This document shows positions 50,611 through 62,438 of a stretch of DNA of 64,000 nucleotides, one piece after another. A program made the translations under genes and the position numbers. Below the pieces are notes generated by a model that saw nothing but the letters and a program-made list of their open reading frames with translations, ran no database searches and had not been told where the DNA came from. The stretch comes from Pelomyxa schiedti (Eukaryota > Protista > Evosea): NCBI GenBank assembly GCA_020536535.1, contig JAHLWZ010000797.1:1-64000 (forward strand), given 5' to 3'. The first letter of the stretch is position 1. Each line of letters starts with the position of its first letter.

Positions 50611-52599
50611 TTAGAAACCTTGGGATTGGAAGTAGCTGGAGGCAGCACTGTGGGTTGCGTGTGCCGCTGATGAGGCACCAGTCTTCATGGACGATATGAC
50701 TCTTTGTTGCGTTTCTTCATTCTGTGCTTGCTCTGCAACTGTGTTGGCTACCTTTTGTTGAAAGGATTTGTTGGTGGCCACTGAGGCAACAGCTTTTCCG
50801 GCCGCTTTTTGCATTAAAGAATTGGAAGCCAACGCCTGTATGGCTCGAGTTAGAAAAAAACAGTGGTATCCAACATACTTTGACTAAAGAGTTGTCCGTG
50901 TTATTTGCCACGGCAGTGCCGAATTTGGCTTGAGTAGCTTCATCAGTAGACCATGATGCCACAGCACTCCCAGTCCGCTCTTGAACACGTGGATCGGTTA
51001 CTGTGTTGGCAATGGCACCGCCCACACTAGGGGGAGCAGTTTTAGAGGATAAAGTAAGAGAGAAGGAGATACGCTCTGCCGGCCATGGATTCCACTGTTT
51101 GCGGTTGCGCACGTGGTGTAGGAAGTGATCTACGTGGCGGACCTGAGTTCGTAGCATTTCTGTTTTCATTTTAGTCCTTAATTATTCCCCTTTTTTTTTG
51201 TGGAAATGCGATACACACGTTGGTGGCGGTGGCGGCGCTCTATGAGATGTCGTAACAGTAGTCTTTGGGGGTGGTGGTGGTGCATCTTGTTCTGGTTCTT
51301 CCTCCTCACCAAACGGGTTTGTTGATACCGTGGAGTGTGGTGGAGGTAATGGAGGTGCCTCATCAGTTTCACTTAGGAGCTGTTGTCGTGGGGGTATATG
51401 TGGTGGAAAGCTCTGATTGTGATGGGAGGGTATTGGAGGTGGTGCTTCTGATTCGTGGTATGGTAACGGAGGTGCATTTTCATCATAGTGTGGTGGCAGT
51501 GGTGGTGGTTCTTCTTGGCAGTCATCAAATGGAGTGGCACAGGAATTGTTCATTATCATAGATCGGGGGCGAGCTGGAACTGATGGAGTGGGTGCGGCAA
51601 GAGCCAAAATGGGCGTCATTCTATTGATAAAATCTTTCCAGGCCCCTACAGTCTTAAAGAGCAAGGTTAGTAAAGTGTTCCAATAACTCACAAATAGTGG
51701 GTGGTAAGCAATTTACTGCAATAAGTGCTGGTTCTATTTTATCACGGCGAGAGGCATAAAGACCAGCTATTTCATTTGTCACCATCTTGTTGAGTGTATC
51801 AGCATGAACTTGTGTGGAACCAACACGTGCTTCAAACTGACAACTTTTGTTGGAGTTCATATTACAGGTGATTTAGGCAAACCTCAGAGATTTTCACAGT
51901 ATCATGCCTTTCTCGGGCTTTCTTCAAGTTATCCCGAAAGCGATCGCAATCAAGCACAATAGTGTCACGCTCTTCAACTCTTTTCTTTAATTTTTATTTG
52001 TTTAATTATATAAAAGGTGAAATTACAAGCCTTTGTTAAGTTGAGCAGCTTTTCATATTCACCAATTTCTTTGTTAATTATGTCCAATCGTGCCTCCGAC
52101 AGAGTTAATGTTTAATAATAGTATTGCAGGTTTACTAAAATTGCACTCAAAGCCGTTTGATAAATAGTACAAAACTGCGGCAGGTTCTCCACCTGAGCAA
52201 GCGGCACCCCAAGAGTGGCATAGATATGGGCTGAAGAGTCGTTCATCAACTTCATTGCCTCATATAATTCTGTTTAAAAAGAAAGTTAAGCACCAATACT
52301 TTTCCAGCCCCCACAAGGTTTCCTCTATAACAACTTCATGAGAATAAAAACCCTACCCTTGCAAGACTGAAATTGCTTGAAAAGCCCCAAGTGCAATTGA
52401 TGAACATCCTCAAGGAGGTGTTTGAGCTTCCCGCGGTGATCTTCAAACACGGGATCTACGGTCTTTTCAGCCAACGATACCTTCTGCTTGAGCTGTGCGA
52501 CAGATTAATCAGTCGAATAAACAACGTACCGCAGACGCCGTATGTTACCGAAAACAACGTGTTCGTGATGCTGTGCATTTTTTTTCGTTGTTGTTCCAT
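50611..52599 (-). CDS. BAR-domain protein (amphiphysin-like) with Pro-rich/NPF linker, spliced
   Basis: QLKQKVSLAEKTVDPVFED, RVEERDTIVLDCDRFRDNLKK; PPPLP repeats, STNPF; Ala-rich helical C-terminus. Confidence 0.7.
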
Positions 52600-52869
52600 G
52601 AAACAGAGAATTGGGTGAGAAGGCAACTAAACGCATTACCGGGAAATTGATGTCATGGTTGCGTTCGTCTTCTCGCGCTTCAAGTGCAGCGCGGAAGAGC
52701 AGAACGAGCAAGCGCCGTTGCTGGCGGGACTTGTGCCGCCTTCTCGTCATCTGGAGTTGAAGTGGGTGAGACTGTGAGGCGTGTTTGGTGGAAAGGAGCT
52801 GCTTGCATGGCGGTGTTGGGATAGATGCAAAAGAAGTGCCTCAACTCTCGATTCTGACCAGCCAAATAT

Positions 52870-53797
52870 CTACACTGGGGATTTCAACGTTTCCCAGGTT
52901 GACGCCCTTCCACTACGCCAAGTTCTGTGCCATAAGTAAAAGACCACTTTTTTCTCAGTTCGAAGGAATGATCGAGCCGAGCCGTCTGCAACCGTACTTT
53001 TTTTCTTGCTCTGATTTGGACAAAGAAGAGCTTTTATTATTATTGGGTTTGGTCTCTGACCCAGGGGAGTGTTGAATCTTGTCAGTTTGGGCAAGAACCT
53101 TGTGACCATTGCTATGTCTCTGATGAGGTCGGGAAGAACATAGTTAATCACTGTGGCATTCATAGAGAACACCCTGTCCTATGAGAATGAGGGGAGCTTA
53201 TGATGGTGGTTGTTTGGATTTTGGCCTGGGTTGGTAAACCCAGTGCCCCGCGGACTTCCACACGCGCTAATTCTGGCGGGAGTGTTGAGGTGTGGAAATT
53301 ATATAGCCCTACAATGGTTTTGGCTGCAGATTTGGCTGAGTCTGGGGAGTTGGGAATTATGTTGAGGGTCTTCAGTTTCAGTTCTTGCCGGAGTTCCGAA
53401 TTATGTTGGCACCTGTTAAGGATGTGTTTTACTGTCTCTGGTGAATCACATCCATGCCGGCAAGTCGGAGCGACTTTGAAATTGTTGTGGTCATGGCGTT
53501 TGTGGTGCAAAGGCTTAATTGGGCGCTTTTCTAGTATGCTCTATAAATGTCTGTCGGAGAAGATAGGTGGGATGGGAGAGGCTTATTCAGAGTTTCTATC
53601 TCCCAGATTGGGGTTGTGTCATCTTTGATGAGAGGATTATGCCGGTTGGGGTTCCGATATCCTGAAACAGCCACTGCAACATTCCACCACTGCATATCTA
53701 GCAGGGGTGTTGCCAGGCCTCCTTGTTTCTTGAGGGCCGTCAAGTGTTCCAGTGATGTGCAGTTGGATGGAGTTATTAAGTGGAAAATTTTGGTCAT
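52870..53797 (-). mobile_element. Decayed non-LTR (LINE-like) retrotransposon fragment (post-RT and CCHC region)
   Basis: LTALKKQGGLATP (GGLG-like motif), IYR..L, CRHGCDSPETVKHILNRC (Cx3C..ET..H...C knuckle); pieces in different frames, no RT core. Confidence 0.65.
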
Positions 53798-56380
53798 GTA
53801 TGTAGACCAACGAAAAGTAGGAGACAGAAACCCACGAAAAGACAGAGGAACATGGTGGCATTGTGTTGAGCAGAATTTCGTGTTTGATCAAGGGCAACCT
53901 TGAGTTCTTGTATTTGATCCGTAAGATCGGTGGTTGTGGTTTTGTGGGAAGCCCGCATGTTGTTGAGCTCTTCTGTTTGTTGCATAATTGTGGTGTCACG
54001 TGAGGCAACAGTTTCCTTTAGTTGTTGGCACTGTTCACCACGTTGGGAGAGGAAAGCGTGAAGTTCTTGAATTTGTTCCGTCAGTTTGGTGATTTCTTCC
54101 ATTTGGTGCGCATTTGTGGTGTCACGTGAAACAACGGCTTCCTTTAGTTGTTGGCACTGTTCGCCCCGTTGGAAGAGGGAAGCCTGGAGTTCTTGTATTT
54201 GATTCGTCAGTTTGTTGATTTCATCCATTTTGCGTGTAATTGTAGTGTCACGTGAAGCAATTGTTGCATCACGGGAAGCAACGATTTCCTGTAGAGAACG
54301 AGTGTTGAGAAGATCTCTTTGTGCGCTTGATAAAGCTCGACCCAGAGTTAATACAGTGCCGGCAGAATATTGTTTTTCCTGTGAAGCTAGTTCCAAAGAT
54401 GCTTGACATTTTTTTAGGTTCTCTGTGCATTTATGAAGCCCCAGGTGGAGTTGACGATTTTCTAGTCGAATTCCATCAACACGTTTATTAAGTTCCTTAG
54501 GAAAATCCTTGTGCACACCAAGAACACCTGATTTTTCTTCAGTGAGTTTGTTATTGTTGAGGAAGAATACCTCTGAATGCTTTGATCTGAGGCCAGTCTA
54601 CCAAGCTATTGTCCACAGAAAAGAAAAACCTATGGATGCATATGATATGAGGAAAAAAGAAGCAAAGGGGGTTGACTGACCTGCCCAAGGAAGCCATAAC
54701 TGTCAACCAACCTGGATTCCACTCTGCATATATACGCCATGCCCTCTGAATCACATCAGCCCTTGGAGTTGAAATTACGAGACCACAGCAGTACTTTGAG
54801 GCCGCACGCTTTCCTTTCCCGAAGGCGAGGCAAAGTGGGAATGAGCCATCTACTATAGACAAGGCTTCGAGCATGTGCTTTTGTAAATGACTGAGTTTTT
54901 CTTTCAGTTTACGGTTGGACTCATTATCTGTGAACTCTGCAGGAACATAAGCTATCTCACACATGAAGTGCTCTGGTAAGAGCAGTTCAGGATCTGGGGT
55001 TGTTGCTCTTAGCAAGGCCTGGCAGTCTTGGTTATTGGGCAAAAACATGCACATATTGGCTGATTTGCAAATGGAAAGGCAATGCTCAGCCTTATCTGAA
55101 GTTTCGATTTGTCCGCAGCAATCTACTTGGTATTGCCCCACATAATCGCTCTGCAAGTCGATATTGAAGATAGATGTCAATCTTTCCCTCGTGGCAACTT
55201 CAACATACAGCGACTCTGTAAAATTATGATGGCTGGATCTCATAGTCGATTTGGAAGACGTGGTAGAAGAGGTGCTAGAGCCAGGAGATTTGTATATTTT
55301 CTGATATTCGACAGATGCGGGACAAAAATGTGCTGTTTCTACCTCGATTTGTACCGGAGAACAGTATTGTTGGTCTCCTCTGTCCTGAGAAGATCTTTGT
55401 TCTGTAGCCACAGGTGTAGGTGTTGGTGGGGAATGGGTTGTAACTGGCACCATAATTTGATACAAGTCTTCTGAAGTCTTACCTTCTACCCTTGCTACAC
55501 AGAGCTTTTTAGCTTTTTCCAACCAAAAAGGGCAACTAGACTGCTGAAGAAGTTGTAACTTCCGCATCAGATAGAAGAGCCGTTCCACTGTTGAAAATAG
55601 ATTGTCATCCAGTTGCAGTGGTGGTGTGGGACATTTCAGGTCATTGGGGTTGAGGAGTGAATGAAAGATGAAGCACAGAGACTGCAAGTCACAGGCAGGG
55701 TCCTGAAGCAGTCCCAGATGCTGGAACAGCGATGCCCAGACAGCATTTCCTCGGAAAGGTGGTTGCATGTCTAAGCCGAGAAACAGATTGATTGTGCCAG
55801 AGCTACAATTGACAGTTTCCGCGAGATCGAAGTCAATAATCTTGACAGGAGAGTTACTGTCTCCAGGAATGATTATATGCTGTGGCTTTAAGTCCAATAT
55901 GAAAATATTGGCCCTATTGAGTGCAGATACAGCCTCCACCACCCTAGACGTGCAATTCGCATCCCTAACGTGATCCGCATTGAGATAGGTGGTTCCCACA
56001 TCCTGCACCAAGATAGCCTTCATTCCCACAAAGAAATCCTGAGTTGTGCTTGCAATGCAACCCAACACTACAACTGAAGCAACGTGGCGTGACGCCTCAG
56101 GGTGAAGCAGCGCTCGCCTATAAGCAGCAACTTCCCTGTCGCTATGCTGCTTGACGAAAAACCGCACTCCAGTGTCTATAGCAACGTACGATCCCAGGTA
56201 TCTTCTCCCCTTCCAGTTGCCAGTTGTTGTTGCAACTTCGGTTGGATCAGTTGGTATGTACCGGGCCAAATTCATCACGTCCCCTGGTCCCAACCAGCAC
56301 CCTAGCGAATCTGGTGAGACAAGCATCTCATCGACGGCCAAGCAGAGGTCCACAGGTGTCGCCTGCAGCGCTGTGGCCAT
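53794..56380 (-). CDS. Atypical protein kinase + possible PD-(D/E)xK-like domain + coiled coil + C-terminal TM (Crinkler-effector-like)
   Basis: FFVK, ILDLKPQHI, KIIDFDLA, FRGNAVWAS, CDLQSL; then QVDCCG...MCEIAY...KEKLSHLQK. A short GT-AG intron near 54540-54570 (and probably one near 54630-54680) joins it to ORF 53794..54516 ending MFLCLFVGFCLLLFVGL. Confidence 0.65.
53970..54250 (-). repeat. 126-bp (42-aa, six-heptad) internal tandem duplication in coiled coil
   Basis: DEINKLTNQIQELQASLFQRGEQCQQLKEAVVSRDTT vs EEITKLTEQIQELHAFLSQRGEQCQQLKETVASRDTT. Confidence 0.85.
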
Positions 56381-56439
56381 TTTATTTTGTTTTCTGGTAG
56401 GGGCCATCAGATTGCAATCTATTATTTTTGACTTTGTCA

Positions 56440-57885
56440 ATGGCACAGATGAACGGAGAGTGCAGAGGAGACCTCGGTATCGCCAAGTTCACACTCAACA
56501 AGCGGCGGTACTACGTGGTTACTCGGTGGAGGGAGGACTCGTTCGACCTGTGCGTTCTGGACGGGGCGCGGGCCCTGCGCGGGTCGGCGTCGCGCGAGAT
56601 GGTGACGGGGACCCTCGCCCCTGACGGCGTCACGGCCCGCGAGTACGTGCGGCTCGCCCGCGAGGCGCTGTCCACCCAGGACCTCGAGGAGCGCAAGTTC
56701 AGCTACTCGCTCAGAGCCCTCAACGTAGGAGGCGGCGGCGGCGGGAGGGGGGACAAGGAGAGGAGCGCCTCGCAGCAGCAAGCGGACGAGGGCAAGGTGG
56801 AGTTCGTGTGGAACATCAAGCTGGGAGGAGCCGAGGGGCTAGGCGGCAGCGGAGGAGGAGGCGGAGGCGGGGGCTCCGCGGGGTTCGCGCTGCGCGGGGG
56901 GCTTGTCCTGGAGCGGTCCAAGGACGACCGCGCCGAGGTGCTCCGCGTGCTGGACGCGATGCACGACGCGGCGCGGGACTCGCGGGAGGCCGAGGGCGCC
57001 GCGGCCGCGCGGGCCGCCGAGTCCAAGGCGCAGCGCGACTCGTGCGAGGCCCAGCTGCGGCTCCTTTCGGACGCCAAGTCCGCGATGGAGCGCGACATGT
57101 ACAAGATGTTCGTCGTCGTTCTCAACCAGAAGAAGCAGAAGCTGAGGGAGCTGATGTCCAGGGTCACGCAGCTGGAGGCCGAGCTCGAGTCGAGGCCTCC
57201 CCTCGGCTCTGCGCAAAGCCACGCCTCGTCGGAGCTGGAGGAGCGCGACCCGGATCCCACGCAGAAAAGAACACAGTCAGACGTGAGTGCTTCTTCTGAG
57301 CAGGCAAGGAGGTCCAGGTCTGAAGAGAGTGGTGCTAGTGCAAATAAGCGGGGAGGAGATGATGGCGAGGATGGTGGCGGTGACGATGACGACGAGGAAG
57401 AGGGGGATGGAATCCCGTCTGCCACTTTTGAGAATGTTCTGGGCCCTACTCCGTCAATTGAACTGTTTGACCACCTGGACGAACCGGTGGCCGTGAGAAA
57501 AAGGCACCACCTGGGCACCACTTCATCTACTCTATCAACAACCTCATCTGTCACTGCTAAGCCTACAGCACCCCCTTCATCAGCCGCAACCAAGGCCTCT
57601 TTTCCGATTAAATCTTCTGTCAACACAAAGTATCCACTGGCGAGCCGGCTTCGTATCATTGACGATGAGGATGTCTACCCTGTGAACACTAAAAATGCCA
57701 ATGCGAATGTGAATGCAAATGCAAATGCAAACGCAAATGAGGCCACAGCACCAAGACCCAAGAGGCCACGCACCACAACTGAAAGCAATAATGGCTCCAA
57801 GAAAACACAGCCCAAACAAACTCTAACAACGGGGAGGCCAAGCACATCAAATGATGCAGACGACCTCCTTAAACTGATGAGTTGA
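56440..57885 (+). CDS. XRCC4: DNA repair protein XRCC4, intronless
   Basis: Head FDLCVLDG..LRG, EYVRLAREAL; ligase IV-binding helix ERDMYKMFVVVLNQKKQKLREL; C-terminal DADDLL. Confidence 0.85.
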   Translation: MAQMNGECRGDLGIAKFTLNKRRYYVVTRWREDSFDLCVLDGARALRGSASREMVTGTLAPDGVTAREYVRLAREALSTQDLEERKFSYSLRALNVGGGGGGRGDKERSASQQQADEGKVEFVWNIKLGGAEGLGGSGGGGGGGGSAGFALRGGLVLERSKDDRAEVLRVLDAMHDAARDSREAEGAAAARAAESKAQRDSCEAQLRLLSDAKSAMERDMYKMFVVVLNQKKQKLRELMSRVTQLEAELESRPPLGSAQSHASSELEERDPDPTQKRTQSDVSASSEQARRSRSEESGASANKRGGDDGEDGGGDDDDEEEGDGIPSATFENVLGPTPSIELFDHLDEPVAVRKRHHLGTTSSTLSTTSSVTAKPTAPPSSAATKASFPIKSSVNTKYPLASRLRIIDDEDVYPVNTKNANANVNANANANANEATAPRPKRPRTTTESNNGSKKTQPKQTLTTGRPSTSNDADDLLKLMS

Positions 57886-58046
57886 ACTGGGAATCCCAAA
57901 CAAAGTTCTGTGTTTGTACTATATACTGGGAAAACTTTTCGAACTCCATCAGACTTGTGCAGTAGTGCCGGAACCTTTGCTAATTACATGTCATTGGTTT
58001 TTTGACAAGAGATTAATGATAATTACCTGAAAAATACTGGCTTTTG

Positions 58047-59776
58047 ATGGAACAGAAGATGGACATGCCAAGGCCACAGCAACCCAAGCAGCCACAACAA
58101 CCAGCCGCATGTTGTTTCCCGACGAATGGTGCAACTGCAACGGTGCCGAGTGACGAGAACGCGGTTGCGACGCAGGCGACCGAGGGTAACGAGGCCAAGC
58201 CCGAGGTGAAGGCGGAGCCGGTGGATGGGGCGACGGCTGCGGCGACGGCTGCGGAAGCGGAGGTGCAGCAGCCGGCCAGGAAGCACAGGAGGAAGGACAC
58301 GGGCAACAGCAGCCCCGCGACCCGATCACGATCACGATCACGCTCACGCTCACGCTCGCAGTACCGGGGCAAGGGGAGGGCGCCGCCGTCTTTGTCGCCC
58401 CCGCGCCCTCGGTCTCGCTCCCCCTCCGCCAGCAGGCGCCGCGACCAGCACAGGGCCTCCTCGCGCCGCCGCTCGCGCTCCCCCGCCAGCCGCCACCAGC
58501 ACGGCCACCAGGGCCACCACGACCACGAGCAGCACAGCGGGCATGACAGGGACAGGGAGAGGGAGCGGGATAGGGACAGGGACAGGGAGAGGAGCAGGAG
58601 CAGGGCAAAGGAGAGGGAGAAGGAGGGTGGGGAGAAGAGGCACTGGGTGGTTGTGGAGGGCGACGGGGTGTGTCCTGCGAACAGGGCTAGCCTCAGGGCT
58701 ATGTTTTCTGATTCGGGTAAGGTCACCAAGATATACACAACGCCGGGCTCAAAACAGGCTTATGTGGTGAGGAGTATCGTTTTGGGGAGGGGAGCCTTCT
58801 TATATTCTATCTTCATTCAGGCGTTGCGAACCCCGGAACAGTGCCTTGAATGCGCTCGGTTATTCAACTGCCATGAATTCTGTGGGTTCCCCATTCATGT
58901 TACTTATTCTCCACAGAGGTCCAAGAAATTAAATGACAGGTCTGTACTCATCTATTGTGAATCTTCTTTTTATTTTACGTGCTTTCAGAAGTAACAGAAG
59001 TTGCTATGTTTGTAACGAAGTCGGTCACCTGCAATTTAATTGTCCTGATTTGTGCGTTTTTTCGCTTCCATCTAACCGCATTTCAACTTGCTGAACACAG
59101 AAGGAAAGCGAGTCAAGATAAACGGAGTTCGGGTTCGGATAATGACAACCTCTCTCCCCACAAGAAGCAGGGCAGTAAAACAAGAGAAGGGTCACCAAAC
59201 AAAACGGAATCTTTGGGAAACAATACGGCACCCGAGCGAGAAGAACCAAGCAACCAGAACCAAACTCTTAATCAGGGCCCTTGCTTCCTTGATAAACCTA
59301 GTGAGTGCTTAGGTATGCCGGCACCTGATGACAGAATGCCGATGCCGATACCTGACAGACAGGACCTAAATGCCCAAGCAATACCCACTACCGTGCACAA
59401 CAAGCAATACTTACGGGAATGTTTTCTTAAAGCCCTATATCAATACTGTTCTTCCACTACGTCTGCTGCCATTGGAATAGTGCCTACTGCACCTGAAATG
59501 AACCCAGCACTCTACAATACGCCCCTGACTGACAGGATGATACAGACACTAACACAGACACATACCAGACTTAATTTTGAAACGAACTCGAGTTACAACC
59601 TGAATAACAGAGGGCGATCCCCCCTTCCTGTTCCCAATACCATTCCCAATCTCAACTATATCTTCCAGCAGCCTAAACCACAATCACAACAACTTTTCCC
59701 AATACCCCAGGTCTTACCCACCGAACCCACAACCCCACGCGACGATGGCACCAGCCCCAGCCCATTTAGACACTAA
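58047..59776 (+). CDS. SR-like RNA-binding protein (RS/RD repeats, RRM, CCHC zinc knuckle), spliced
   Basis: RSRSRSRSRS, RDRERERDRD; LRAMFSDSGKV..QAYV; CYVCNEVGHLQFNCP at ~59003-59045. Confidence 0.7.
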
Positions 59777-60132
59777 AATTTCTTATTCTTGGTGTTGTGT
59801 GAGGTAGGGGGTTTGTGTTGTTTGGTTGGATGGCTGCAATGAATCAGTGTTGGCGGGAACCCGGGAAAACGCCCCCTCTTCCCGGGAATTGCCGGGAAGC
59901 AAAAAAAAGTTGTTGTTCGGCTGGCTTGCTTTTGATCGCGCCGCTTGGTGCAGGAAACAAGACCAAGACCCCACGGGCAACCACGCGCAGCCGCCGCTGT
60001 GTCAATCACCCAACCACCAACAAGAAATGAAATAATGGGCGACGGGATCTGCTGCGACACCTTTCCCGTTGAACGGGAATTTCGGAGAAAGAAACTGTAA
60101 GTGGGTTTTCATTAACGTATTTTGGTGTGGTA

Positions 60133-62325
60133 ATGGGCCTTAGTCTCAGAGTGATTGTGTTGGGGGCGGTTGTTCTCTCAACTATTGCACTTGGCGCACC
60201 TAGTGACCATCTCATCACTGTCTTGCCTGGAATTGTGGGTTTTGTTGTTTCGTGTTTCCACCGTCTGTTTGATGTTCTGACTTTGACAAGGAAAATGTAA
60301 CATTCTCACAATATGCTGGTTATGCACAAATTGACTCTGCAACAAATAAGAACCTGTTTTATTGGTCACTTTTTAACTCCTTTTGATTCTTCTAAGTTTC
60401 AGACTTGCTTACTATTGGAAAGGTTTGTTGAATCACAGAGGGACCCAGCTACTGACCCAGTGGTATTATGGATGAATGGAGGCCCCGGTGCATCATCTCT
60501 GCTGGGATTCTTCACTGAGCATGGTCCATTCTGGTAGAAGAAACAAACAGACAAATCAACTCTCACGTTGTTATCTGCATGAAGGCCAAATCCAGATGGT
60601 ACTACATTGCACGTGAACCCTTATGCCTGGAATAGAATTGCAAATATGATTTATCTGGGTATTAGCTCCCACCCCCTTTTTCTCTTGTCAAGATGATTCA
60701 GAGGCTCCTGCTGGAGTTGGTTTCAGTTTCAGTGATAATGAAGCAGATTATACTACTGGAGATGAGCAGACAGGTACACCTGTTTTTGCGTAAAAAAAGG
60801 AGGATAACTTTGTTCCGTACGTGTAGCTTTGGATAATTACAATTTCTTGGTTTCATGGTTCAAGCTTTATCCTGAGTTTCAACAAAATCCCTTTTATGTG
60901 TCTGGAGAATCTTATGGGTAATACTTGTGCAGTGTTAACTCCTAACCTTTGTGTGTAGAGGCCACTATGTACCTGAGCTTGCCAAAAAAATTATTGATTT
61001 GGATACAGCACATAGTATTAATATGAAGGGAATCCTCATTGGCAATCCGTATACCAATACTGACACAGCTATGTGGCCTGCGGATCCTAATGCCGATGCC
61101 TATCCTTACGTTAATTTCATGTTTGTATGAATCTGTCACCAGTGTTCTGATGCTTGAACCAGGTACACTCACGGACTTATTCCCACGAAGACCTATGGGG
61201 AGGCATCTGACGTATGTGGTTGGGGCAGTTATCTCACAGACTGCTCAGGCATCTACACTAGTCCTTCTTCTGAGTGTCTTGAAGCCCTCGATGTGAGTCC
61301 TTGGGGACTGATATCTCCAAAGTTTGACAACACACAGAAATGTCTTGTCTATATACCCTCAAATCTCGATCTCTATAACGTACTTGCTCCTGTGTGCTTG
61401 ACAGTGTCTGCTACTCGGAGGGTTCAATATGTCTCCTCCTGGAATTCGTTGATCAGAATGACATCGTACCTCCCCAATTGCATGTAGATATATTTACACC
61501 ATGTTCATATTCTCCGTACTTCTGCAGCGAATTTCAAGAGAAACAAAAAAGTCCAGTTGCCTCGGCGATCTACGATTACAATTACGACCCCTGTGTACTT
61601 ATAGGCTCAAACGCACCAATTTATTAATGGGTCCATCGATTCTAGATGGAGAATTATGTAACTGATTATCTTAATCTACCCGATGTTCAAACTGCAATTC
61701 ATGCAAGGCCAACACAATGGGGTGTAGTAAGTACTATAATACCTTACACACAGAGTCAAACTCAAACAATTCCAGTTCGAAAACAATTTGAACTATTCTA
61801 TGTCTGATCTCTATCTGAATGTCATTCCAGTAATTCAATATATTCTCGACAATTCTGACTGGACTATCTTTGTGTACTCAGGTGGTTCTTGTATTCTGAA
61901 TTTTTTACAATATCTTTATTTGGTTAATTGTTCACTCCCAGGCGCTCTTGATGGTTGCGTACCATTCATTGGTACACAAAGGTCAGCTTCCACATCGTAT
62001 TTATTCACACACTTTGACACATTTGAGATAGGTGGATTTCCTGCCTTGGCCGAGAGGTGATAAATGACTGGCGTGGATGGGACTTTGACTCCCAGGGTGC
62101 TGGAACAGTGATTGATTATGATAGAATCACCTTTTTGACAGTTAAAGCATCTGGGCACATGGTACGTAAAATCACCTCCATTTTATCTTTGTTATTACAC
62201 AAATAGGTTCCCTTGTACACACCCAAAGAAGGATTTGGTAAGCACACCCCAATTCCCTGCACTCCTTAATTCTAATAAACATATCAGCTATGTTCCAGTG
62301 CTGGATGGATAACCATGTGTGTTGA
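60133..62325 (+). CDS. Serine carboxypeptidase (peptidase S10), many introns
   Basis: Signal peptide; [71 protein letters not shown]. Confidence 0.93.
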
Positions 62326-62438
62326 GCTGCCTGAGAAGATAGAAGATAGTAGGTTCTTTCTCTGATTCCGTGTCGGTTCCGGCACGTACACAACGGCTGA
62401 ACATAAAAAATTCCTTGGCAATCACAAGAAACTGTAAA

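Noticed and set aside
33723-57885. Functional genome-maintenance cluster (RMI1-like, EndoV, NADAR, RING1, XRCC4)
   Set aside because: Interspersed with unrelated genes; no evidence beyond chance in a gene-dense eukaryote.
473-62325. Alternative genetic code or stop read-through to explain fragmented ORFs
   Set aside because: Every break examined is resolved by short GT-AG (one GC-AG) introns, apart from one homopolymer frameshift and the decayed LINE.
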